Shown here: positions 29,427 through 40,627 of the stretch, piece after piece
How positions within the stretch are numbered: position 1 is the first letter of the stretch
How the letters are laid out: each line of letters starts with the position of its first letter
Source: Selaginella moellendorffii
Taxonomy: Eukaryota > Plantae > Lycopodiophyta
Length of the DNA: 64,000 nucleotides
Direction of reading: 5' to 3'
NCBI RefSeq assembly: GCF_000143415.4
Contig: NW_003314304.1
Location: 130,169 to 194,168 of the forward strand
The notes under the pieces: generated by a model
Seen by the model: only the letters and a program-made list of their open reading frames with translations
Databases searched by the model: none
Told to the model about the DNA's origin: nothing
Program-made: the position numbers and the translations under genes

Positions 29427-30659
29427 CGCATCACTTTATGTGATTTTTTATTGATTTTATTAAATATTTTATTCAATTATTTTAAATTAAATTATTATTA
29501 AATTTTAATAAGATTATTTTTCAAAAATTTAATTTATTAATAAAATATTTTAAATAGCTATAATATGAGCTATTAAAAATTTAATTTATAGTTCATTCAT
29601 CCAAAGTCGTAAAAGATTTAATTGCAAGCCATATTTTAACAGCATTGTACATAACAAACTACTGAGTTTAGTTTTTTACTATATGAGCAATTAAGCCATT
29701 TTTTTTATATTTTTGGGCATAAATAATTTAAGCAAATACAATCATTCTAACAACCACAAAACTCAAAAAAAAAAAAACTTAAGAAAAAAATATTTACATT
29801 GCAATTTGCAATACACCTAAATATAACAAACCATGCAATGTAAAAAACTTATGTATATGATTATGAATGCAAAAAATCAATAAAGCTACCAAAATTATAA
29901 TAATATCCACTTAATTAAAAAAAACTACTACACTCAACATCCCAAACAATGAAATAAATGTTTTACCTTCGTTTCATAAGATAGTGTTTTATAACAATTC
30001 TTGTGAATTTTAAATTTAAAATAAATATTAAAATTTATTTGTTTTTTATAAAAATAATAATTATATACTTTTAAAGATACTAAACAACTCAATTTACCTT
30101 TAGTACTATAGAAATTTCACATATATAACTTTTTTACTTATATTTAAATATTTAACTTTATATAACCTCATTATGCACTGAAATCTAAGAAGATCAGCTT
30201 ATAACCTCCACTACCAAGAAGTCCCCAATTCCACACTCATTAGTAGGCAATTGAAAATCTCTATAAAGTTCTCAACTGGATTGTGTGATAAGAGTTTCTT
30301 TGCTTCTAAAGAGTAGTGTGATGGATATAACGGAAGCAAACTTCTGCCAGCAAAACGAGGTGGCATCCAAAGCAATACGTGGAGAATTGTAACTCAGGCT
30401 TGCTGGCTTCTTTCACGAGTTCCAACTCAAATAACTTAGCAATAACAGTAAAATCACTAATGTGAAAAACTCTTTCAAGCTCCCAATCTTCCTAGTCCCA
30501 CCTCAGCAGCTAGGGCGGTAGTCTAGCTTCCCCAAACATCCTCACAAGCTCCAAAGCCCTGGGAGAGTTCAAAGGAGTTAACTTCGGCACTCGATTTTTC
30601 TTACATCGATTTGTGATTATTTACTTCATTTTGAAAATAGCAACCTTTTGTCTTGTGAA

Positions 30660-31304
30660 TTAAGTCTTGCTGATAAGATTCCTCAGGTTCTGAATGTTTG
30701 CCGGAGTGATCTGGAACGCCCTCGCCAAGACACGATCATCAATCGGAGGAACCGACGCAAACACCGCCTTTGCCACCTGACTAGTCCCGGGGTTCTGGCT
30801 GTTGAATCCTGCCACGGCAAAAGCCGGGGTGGCAGCAATGTTGAGCTGGAAGTGGATCAATCCCCTGGGAAACACGAAGAGCTCTCCCTCCTCCACCGTC
30901 TCCAAAAAGAGCTTATTGTCCCCGGTCGTGACGAATCCCACCAGGAGCCTCCCGCAAATCAAGTAGAGGAGCTCGGTGCCCCGGGGATGGATGTGAGGGG
31001 GATTCGTGCCCCCTGGAGCGAAATCCACGCGAGCGAATGATACTCCCTGGGTGTTGAGGCCCTGGAAGCGAAGAACGTTGGCGGCGGTGACGATGGATCC
31101 CAGGGGATTGCTGGTGTTGCCCGGGTTCTTGATGAGCGCCGACTTGAAATCCGCGGCAACCGGGATGGCTTTGCAGGGGAAGCCATTGACCCGGATGGTG
31201 CTGTTGGTATCGGCGACGCAGAGGTCTTGGAGTGGATCTGGATCGGAGGCGCTTGCGGTGAATGCCAAGGCGAGGATGGTAACCATGAGAGCTGGGATCT
31301 TCAT
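30660..31304 (-). CDS. Germin-like protein, copy 2 (inverted paralog of 25035-25679)
   Basis: 214-aa ORF nearly identical to copy 1, with both germin boxes intact. Confidence 0.96.
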   Translation of the reverse strand: MKIPALMVTILALAFTASASDPDPLQDLCVADTNSTIRVNGFPCKAIPVAADFKSALIKNPGNTSNPLGSIVTAANVLRFQGLNTQGVSFARVDFAPGGTNPPHIHPRGTELLYLICGRLLVGFVTTGDNKLFLETVEEGELFVFPRGLIHFQLNIAATPAFAVAGFNSQNPGTSQVAKAVFASVPPIDDRVLARAFQITPANIQNLRNLISKT

Positions 31305-31401
31305 TGTCTCCGGGGCAGGCGAGCTGATCAGACGCTTTTGTGATGGATTGATTAGCTCGATGGTGATTTGAGAGATCTTGTGAGGTTCTCTTGTGATGGA
31401 G

Positions 31402-31410
31402 TTTATATAG
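31402..31410 (-). promoter_or_regulatory. TATA box of germin-like copy 2
   Basis: CTATATAAA on the minus strand at the position equivalent to copy 1. Confidence 0.7.
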
Positions 31411-33509
31411 CAAAGAAATTCTAACGAGCTTTGACAAGATCAATCATCGTGTACTCCATAAGGGAATTGGTCCGAGTACAAGCATGTTGCGTGAATGTCT
31501 CGCTAAACTCTCGTTAAGAGCATGCATTTGAAAGCAATAAGAATAAGAAAAATTGAAATCTCAGTGTCAATTCTTTCAATACAGAAATCGTGCACAGCAA
31601 CACAAAAGTATCGATTTTCTTAGAAGTTGGTTCCGCGAGACTCGCAAGGAAAGAAGCCCTATAATTTGAATAGAGGCATATGCCGAGGGCTGCGAATATA
31701 AAACTTCGCTTTCACAGAGGTTGGAAAAGGTAAGCATGACGAGCACATCGCTGCTTTCCCGGCAGAAGCAAGCTTGTTCTATTCAGTGACTCGTCATAGT
31801 TTTAGATGAGTTTACTAAGATAATTTACTTGCCTAGTGTTCTCTCTGGTGTCCACGAAGACGATATCTGGGTTTTCCTTTCCAATCTTCCACTTTGGAAT
31901 TGATATATTGACGTCGTCACTGATGTTTCCTCCATGACAGCCTAGTCAAATTCATCATATATAACTTGTTCTTTGTTTTTCTTAGGTTTTGACCTTGCCT
32001 TTGTGACTAAGGCTTGCTCAAGCAGGGACGAGAGGAGCTGAAGCACAAAAAAAGGTTATATAATTTTTTGTGTGTAATGTTCTAGCAGCGACACCAAGCA
32101 TGCAGATACAACCATCTAGGAGCAACAGGGTTATAAAACTTTGTTAATGGGTTTTCCTTTGTTTTGGACTAAGATGAATTTCAAAACAAATCACCTTGAT
32201 GGCACTTCGATTGTCACAAAAATAAGGGTTCAGTAAAAAGAAAAAATAATGGACATATAAATTTAAATCAGTGTTCAAAAACCAAATAAATTTAAATCCA
32301 TAGAAATAAAAATTTATATAATAATTGATTTATGTTTTAATTTGTAATATACTTATTAATGAATTCATGATATTATAATGATAGTAATACAAGAGAAGCT
32401 TGAAGTTTTTTAAAATGATGTAATAAAAGTTTCATTCAAATTAAAATTATAATAACTTCAAAGTTGTTGATGTATGTATTTCTTTTTATGTGATCCTTGT
32501 GTGAATTATCAGATTTTACAGATGTTTAATCCAACCCAGTAAATGTTGGAGTTTGTTTTTCTCAAACTCAACCTCAAAAAGATCATCAATTGGCTTATTT
32601 TTAGCAAAAGTTTTTCTATAAATCATTTATACTTTAAAAATTATTTTAAAAAAATCAACTTAAAAAAACATTAGTGCCAAAGGAAATAGAATGCAAAACG
32701 AATTTTTTTACATTTATTGCAAAAGTTAAAAAAATATTTAAGGAAGATTTATCCCTTATAATTAATATTTTTATAATTTTTATTTTAATTTGTTTTAAAA
32801 ATAAACCTAGAATGATAATTACAATAAAATATTATAATAAAAGTAGAATTAAATTTGAAATAATATAAAAAGTTAAAATATAATATACTCACTACATAAA
32901 TATATAGTAACTCATTAAAACTGATGACAATGCTAAAGATATTTTTTATTATTTTCAAAGAAATGTTATTTCATATTATATAAAAAATGATAATTTAAAG
33001 AGTCATATGTTTAGACTAAAATAAAACATTAAAAACTTAAAAAAAATTTTTTTGCTATGCATTGCATGTAATAACGTTTGGTTTGCTTATTAGTAGTATT
33101 ATTCCTACTTATTAATCCAATTGATCAACTAAACGTTTATAATTACAAATATGTTTATAATGTATAAATACAAGATTAATTTTGTTACATATCAACCATT
33201 AGATGGTAGAATAGAAAAGAATATTCTAGAAAGTGTTTAAGACAGTTTATAAATTATAAACTTGTTTGTAGATTATAAATACAAGATTAATTTAAATGAA
33301 TAACAACCGTTAGATATTAGAATATCCTAGAATATTTAAGTATATTCTAGATATATTTATTACCATCCAAGCAAACCAAAAACTATTTATATATTTTATC
33401 AAAATTCTTATCATTTTAGCTTTATTTTTTTTCTTTACTAACTTTATCAAAAATTTAAATGGATTAATTTAGAAAGTTTAATATTTTAAAGATGTTCAAG
33501 TTTGGGGCT

Positions 33510-36187
33510 TTAGGGTCGTACGAGAAGTCGGAGTGAATGCTGCTCGTTTCCGGCGGTAAGGACGTGTGTGCCGCTGCGCAGGAGCTTCTTTCCATCGGGA
33601 TCGGCGTGGACGAAGTGGCGGCAGGGGTCCAGATCGAAGATCACGGGGTTGCTAATCGAATCCCCCGCGATCTGGATCTTATTGAAGCCGACGAGCTGCC
33701 TCTGAGGTACGCCATCGCTCCCTGCGTTAGGAGGAGTAGAGAAGAGCATCAGCGTGTGGCTGATCGCCATGGCGCCCTTGTTCCGGACGGAAATCGCGAC
33801 CTGGCTCTTGAGAGACTCGCACGATTTCTCGTCCGTGGCGTCGAGGTGGAAGCAAGAGGATGATTTCTTGAGGCCAGTGCACGGTTGCATTGGCGCTGTG
33901 GAGGGGATTGAGAGGAATGAGGGTGCCTTGATGAATTTGGCCGAGAGTGAAGTGTAGCTCAGTCCATCGCCGAACTTGAAGATGGTTGGTCCCGTGTAGA
34001 ATCGATACGTTCTTCCTGGATAGCCTGTGGAAGCATTTGGTCGCATGTTCATGTCTAGCATGGAAATGCTGGTGAAGTTTTGTGGATACCAAGTTGCTGG
34101 TAGCTTTCCACCTGAGAGTGATTCGTGCGAGTGTTAGTGGTGAGTTTTGGATTGGAAGTGACTTACTTGGATTATGATCTCCAAAGATAACTTCGGCTAT
34201 TGCAGCTCCTCCAGCTTGTCCGGGATAACCAGCCCAGAGAATTCCTGCGATCCGGCTGTCACTCAACGCAAAAGGTATGTCGATTGCTCCGGCACTCAAG
34301 ATGACGATCACAACTGGTCCTTTTGCAGCTTGCATCACCTGGGAGACGAGCTCTTGCTGCTTTCCCGGCAGAAGCAAGCTTGTTCTATCCAGTGACTCGG
34401 CTTCTATGGTGAGATCTAGTCCCACTGCTACTACGACAGCGTCTGCTGCTGCCGCTGCTGAGACGGCGCCACTGATCAAGCTGTCCGAGCTGCATGCAAC
34501 GTTTGCGCAGCCGGGAGCGTAGGAGACTTGGGCGTACTTTTGGAAAGCTTGGAGAGGCGACGTGTATTTGCAAGGTATGCCTGTGAGATAGAGTGTTAGC
34601 TCTTCAAAGTTTTCGTGATGTCTAACAAGTTTCTTACCTGCGTAGTTGCCAATCATAGCGCGAGTTGCATTTGCGTGTGGGCCAACGACTGCTAAGCTTT
34701 TGATCTTGCTCGTAGATAAAGGAAGAGCTCCCAGGTTCTTCAGGAGCACCATTCCTTGTCTTGCGGCTTCAAGAGCAAGTGTCTGATGTTCGCTTGTGCA
34801 GACATCGCTCGCTCCAAGTGAGCCATATGTTTGGGATTTTGGATCGCCATCATATAGGCCCAGCCTCATTTGTACCGTAACAAGGTACGTGAGAGCTTGG
34901 TTTATGGTTGCTTCAGTGACTTTCTTTTGCTGAATTGCGGACAGTGTGTGCTTGGCCAGGAAGGTTCCGCAATTCAGGTTCAAGCCTGGAAAGCTGTTTA
35001 GTTCGTGAAAAAGCTTTGGTGGAGGAAAATTCTTACCGGCTAACAATGCGTCTGCGGCTGCATCCTCTGCCGTGGCTGCATAGTTGGTGTTGTCAAAGAA
35101 TACTTGCAACGAATCGCAGTCAGATACTATATATCTGAAGAGCGGAAACAATCAAGTAAGGGTGAGCTGCTGAATTCGCACTATCGTTCTCACCCATTGA
35201 GTTTCCAGGTCTCTCTGACTGTTGTTGTCAAGAGCTCGTGATCAGCACACGTCGGGACTCCGTTGAGACGATTGTAAGAGCACATAACGCTGCTTACTCC
35301 TCCATCCTCGACGCAGCTCTTGAAAGGAGCATTATAAGTATCTTCAAGGTCCTGCTCGGTCACCTGAAGGTACAATGTTCTCGTTTAGCTCTCAGACAAC
35401 ACCATCACTTACAATTGCATTGAAGTGGTACCGATCAGTTCCAAGCCAGTTATCCACGTCGTAAGCCGTCATATGCTTGCAGCAAGCTGACACTTTCAGT
35501 TTATCACTCCCGGCTTGCGACTCCTGGAGTCCTCGCACATAATAAGTTGCAAAGTTACTCGAGAGCAGTGGATCTTCTCCTGGCGTCTCCTGGCCTCGTC
35601 CCCACCTCGGATCTCGATATATGTTGATGTTGGGGCTCCAGAAAGTGAGGCCTGACTGGCCGAGATTGTGCATTGCTCTGGCTTCCGTGGACACAGCCTG
35701 TTCAAGAGGTACGAAACAACAATGTGAACAACGCTCCGGAGATGTAACTAAGTTCGCAACGTTTTGCAGGGAGGAGGAGAATCACCTGGCCAATTCCGTA
35801 GAAGAGACTGGTGTTGAAGGACGCAGCTGTGGTGATTGGCATAGGAAAGCTGGTAGCCGCTGGAACAGAGCCTCCGAATTGTACTCCGGGACTGGAAGCG
35901 ACTCCATGGAGAGCCTCTTGCCACCACTGGTACTTTGGAACACCGAGACGGGGGATCCCGGTTGCAGTGTTGATCAGCTGAGATATCTTTTCCTCGAGCG
36001 TCAAGCGAGCAACATAGTCTTCAACTCGGTCGGTGATTGCCAAGGAGGTGTTGCAAAAGGGGAATGCTGCGAGTGTAGCATTGCTTTGATCACATGCATA
36101 TGGTGCCTGGCCAGCCAGCACGTCGATGACTCCCAACAGCAGCACTAAAGGCAGCAACGCGTCTTTGCAGGTAGAAGCTTTTCCCAT
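33510..36187 (-). CDS. GH3 beta-D-xylosidase / alpha-L-arabinofuranosidase (BXL family), copy 1
   Basis: Signal peptide, [50 protein letters not shown] and YPGRTYRFY; short introns. Confidence 0.95.
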
Positions 36188-36651
36188 CTTGCTCTCTCTC
36201 TCTTTTCAGTTTTGCGTCACTAATCTTTTTATGCCCAGATCTGGGTGCACCACTCAAGAAGAAATCTGTAGCCACTCATTGGTTGAAGGAGAATCTCCAC
36301 TGAGGCATGATATATCGCTTCTGCGAGCTGACTGAGACGAGCGTGAGCTCCGCGAGCTCTGATATACGAGATAAGATTGCTGAATCATTTATCATATCCG
36401 TTGCTTCCTCGGCTCACTCCATCCCAGGATAAGAAGAGCAGGAAGAGAAGAAGAGGACGCCTCAATTCTCCTCTCTACAAGCACCGGCCACGGAGAGCGA
36501 GCAAAAAGAATACGACGAGGATTGAAACAAAACAGTGCACACAAAGTTCCACGCCAAAACGATCAAGCTCTGTAGAAGTAAGCTCCTCCTTGTCTCGCTC
36601 CCGCTCCTTTCAGCATTGCATTTATAACCAAGTTCTCACTTTCTCTTCACA

Positions 36652-36653
<2 letters not shown>

Positions 36654-36688
<35 letters not shown>
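36654..36688. repeat. (CT)n microsatellite
   Basis: Read directly from the sequence. Confidence 0.95.
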
Positions 36689-36691
<3 letters not shown>

Positions 36692-37176
36692 TTCACTTCA
36701 CGCTCTCGCGACTCGACTCGGCCGATCTACGTTCTCCCAATCCCGATTTATTCTCGCGCTCGCTCGATGCCAAAGGCCAGTCTGCCAAGTTTATATTTTC
36801 ATTCTCTCACTTTTTTGCTCAGTGCTCTGATCGTTCTTACAAGAAGTGGTAATAAGCACACGATCCGTGACACCCTATACAGACTAGGCTCGCGCCAGAT
36901 AGGCCGACGTGGCGCAATCTAGAGCCGTCGATTGGCTTTCGCGGCGGATTTTGTAGCTTTGAATTCTGGCCGTCGATTCTTTTAAATTCCAGCCGTTGGA
37001 TGCTCTGTCGCGGTCTAGGGCTCTGTTCTTGACGCCTTTCTTTTGTTCCACTCCCAATGCTGGCCAAACAGGGAGAAAAATCTCTTCTTGGTCTTGTATC
37101 GTATGTATGTATCGATCAATGGATCGTTGGGCCAACGCCAAAGAATGTAGGGTTTTGGAGCAAATATTTTAGGGTT

Positions 37177-40081
37177 CTAGGACTGGAGGAGGATGGGGAG
37201 AGGATGCCGCGCGTTGCCGACTGCGAGCGTGTGGATGCCGCCGTGCAAGATCCTCACGCCATTGGCGCCCGCGTGGGACAGGTGCTTGCAGGGATCGATC
37301 TCGATCTCCACGTTCTCCACGGCGCCTGGCGCAACGCTCACTTTCCCGAATCCAGCGAGCTGCCGGATCGGCGCGCCGTCCCGGCCAGCGTTTGGGGGCG
37401 ACGAGTAGAGCAGCACTGCACGGTTGGACGGGCGATCTCCCTCGTTGTGGACAAGAATTCTCACCTTGGAGGTAAGCGTGCTACAAGTAATCTCATCGTG
37501 TGCATTTAGATGGAAGCATGTTAGATTGCCATCGCAAGATCGCTTGACCGCTGCTGCCTCCGGGAACCCGAGTGAGAGCGGTGCTTCCTTGAATTTGTGC
37601 GAGAGTTTAGAGTACGTCTTGCCATAGCCAAAGTTATAGACCGACTGTCCTGTGTAAAACCTGTATGTTCTTCCTGGGTAGCCTCTGGAAGCGTCCGGCC
37701 GCATATTCATGTCGAGCATTGTGATTCCTGTGAAGCTTTCCGGGTACCATGTCACAGGAAGCCTTCCACCTGTATAGGATTGTTAGCAAGAACTTATAGA
37801 AAGTCCTTTTTCTTTCTTTCACTAACCTGGATTGTGATCTCCAAACAGGACTTGGGCGATGGCTGCTCCACCAGCTTCTCCAGGATATCCAGCCCAGAGC
37901 ATGCCTTGCACCTTTTTATCATACTTTGCAAAGCTCACGTCGACCGAGCCGCCGGAGAAGATAACTAGAACAACAGGTCCTTTTGCTGCTTTCGTGACTT
38001 CGGTGACGAGCTCTTGCTGTTTTCCAGGGAGGAGAAGGCTTGTTCTATCCTTGCCTTCGGCTTCCTGGTTTAAATCCAGACCGACAAACAGTACCACCGC
38101 ATCTGCTTGGGACGCTGTTGAAGCCGCGGAGCCGATCAAGCTGTTCGAATAGCACGCCACATCTGAACAACCGGCAGAGTATACTACTCTGGCATAGGCA
38201 CTGAGTCCGTCGTGAGGCGTGGTATACTTGCAAGGTATTCCTGTGGTTTCAGCCTCAAACAAGTGAGCAATATGTATTTCGAGCTACTAACGTAATTGTT
38301 CTTACCTTGATAGTTTCCGATCATGGCCCGTGTTGCCTTTGCATGAGGCCCAATTGCTGCTACGGTCCTGATATTGGACTTCGAGAAAGGGAGGACGTTA
38401 CCGTTGTTTTTCAAGAGCACGATCCCCTCTTTGGCTGCATCTAGAGCCAATTGTTGGTTCTCTCCGGTGCACACGCTCTGTGGTCCAAGATTTCCGTAAG
38501 GTTGGGATCGTGGATTTCCATCGTAGAGTCCCAGCCGCATCTGCACGTTGTAAAGGTATCGAAGTGCTTGGTTCACATTGGCCTCGGTAATTTTTCCATT
38601 GGTGATTGCAGACTGCGTGTGGATGGCCAGGAAGGGACCACAATCGAGATTCAATCCTGACAGGAGAAAGGAATGGAAAAAGAACGCGGTGGTTAGCACA
38701 GCCCTTGTCGGAAGGTTCTTTTGTCATAAAGGTACCGGCTAGCAGAGCATCCGCTACGACATCTTCAGCAGTCTTGGCATAGTTGGTGTTGTCGAAGAAA
38801 GTTTGGAGCGAGTCACAGTCAGACACGATGTAGCTGCAAGGGAGATAAAGGAGAAGCACTTCACAGGTGAGCAAGATCTGTCGTCAAGCTGGCCAGACTA
38901 AAGCAAAAAATTTTTTTACCGACCCGTTCAGGTTCCAGCTGCTTCTCACTGTGGCACTAAGGAGATTATAGTCAGCGCATGTCGGCACCCCGTTCACCCG
39001 GTTGTACGAGCACATCACGCTACTGACTTTGGCATCCTCGACGCAGCTTTGGAAGGGCGGGTTGTACGTGTCTGATAAGTCCTGCTGGGTCACCTGGAAC
39101 GAGAAAACGGACATTACAGTCAAGAATCAGTTATGAGCAAGAAAAGCAGTGGCATTTCGGAGGCGAGGGGGGACTTATGACACAGAGTACAGATCATGGA
39201 CAGGGTGTGGAAGTTAGGTGCCAGGAATTATCAGAGAGGAAAAGGTGCAAGCAAAACGCAGGAGCATTACAATGGCATTGAATTTGAAGCGGGTGGTGCC
39301 CTTCCAGTTGTCAACGTCGTAAGCTGTCATATGCTTGCAGCAAGCCGAGACTTTGAGCTTGTCACCGCCGAGGTTTGTATCCTGGAGGCCTCGCACGTAG
39401 AACGTGGCATACTTGCTCGACAGGAGTGGGTCCTCGCCTGGCGTCTCCTGGCCTCGGCCCCATCTCGGGTCGCGGTAGATGTTTACATTCGGGCTCCAGT
39501 ACGTGAGGCCGGCTCGCTGATAGTTGTGCATCGCTCGGGCTTCGGTGGACACGGCCTGGAAAAAGGAAACGATATCTCGGTCAGCATGGAGAATTCAGCA
39601 CACTATGGGTGTGGACAGGACGTCCAGCTACAGCGTCGGAATAAAAGAAAACAGAGGAAGGAGAAGAACTTGCCTGGCCGATTTTGAGGAAGAGATTGAC
39701 ATCAAAGGAGGCTGCGGTGAGAATTGGCATCGGAAAGCTGGTAGCTCCAGGGAATTTGCCTCCAAACTTGACGCCGGGGCTGACTGCAACTCCGTGGAGC
39801 GCCTCTTGCCACCACTCGTACCGGGGGAGTCCCAGCCTGGGAATTCCGGCGGCATTGTTGACGAGCTGAATTATCTTCTCCTGGAGCGTCATGCGCGAGA
39901 TGAGGTCCTCGACGCGAGTGCTCGTCGGCAGCCTGGTGTTGCAGAATCCAAACTGGAGCAGCGTCGCATTGCGCTGGTCGCATGCATACGGTGCTTGTCC
40001 CGCCACAACTTGGTGCGTCAAGAGCGCCACCTCGAGCAGCAGCAGCAGGATCCAGGGGCTGCAAAAGCTCGCCTTGGCCAT
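37177..40081 (-). CDS. GH3 beta-D-xylosidase / alpha-L-arabinofuranosidase (BXL family), copy 2 (tandem paralog)
   Basis: Same GH3 motifs and exon layout as copy 1; the first intron uses a GC donor. Confidence 0.95.
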
Positions 40082-40541
40082 CGCGAAAGCAGCAGGAAGA
40101 AACGAAGCAATCGATCCTTTAAATCAGGAACGCAAAAAAAAATTTAAAAAATGGGAGGTATGTGCGAGCTTTTCTCGTTTCTCTCTTTCTTTGCTAACAC
40201 GAATCAAACTATGGAAAATGCAACACGCTAGCTATCTTCGATCCGACTGGACTGACTGAGCTCTACTGGAGAAATGCGGACTGTGGTATCTCATCTCGAA
40301 ACTCATGCTCTCTCTTTCTTTTCTTCTTCCTTCGCTTTCTTCCTCGTAGCTGGTGCCTTTGAATCTTCCTTTGTGCGCTCTTTTTGCAGGCTAGGCCCAG
40401 AGCCAAAGAAAAAAGAACTACTTGGAACAAAGAATGGCTTGACGGGTTGATAACAGAGCGTGACGGGCGGCCGGCTTGTATGGTGCCTATCGTCCTACCG
40501 GAAACGAGCTGCCCTTATAAAGACTTTGGTCCGGGCGTGCC

Positions 40542-40627
40542 CACGTGGCAGACTGACACTGGGTAAAGCTGAACTGACGTGGACTAGATCTTGACCCTGA
40601 CGTGGATGGCCGGGAAGCTGACGTGTC
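40542..40627. promoter_or_regulatory. Cluster of ACGT-core elements (CACGTGGC, 2x TGACGTGG, TGACGTGT) upstream of BXL copy 2
   Basis: Four ABRE/G-box-like motifs within ~85 bp, about 460-550 bp upstream of the ATG. Confidence 0.55.

Larger units (their letters stand above)
30660..31700 (-). repeat. Inverted duplication of ~24610-25679 (germin CDS plus promoter)
   Basis: Reverse-complement matches continue past the ATG, e.g. tcttgtgatggagtttatatagca, gagcatgcatt, ccgcgagactcgcaa and gggctgcgaatat. Confidence 0.85.

Noticed and set aside
30490-30530. Weak hairpin followed by CTAG as a possible Helitron end
   Set aside because: Poor stem, not followed by T, and no 5' terminus.
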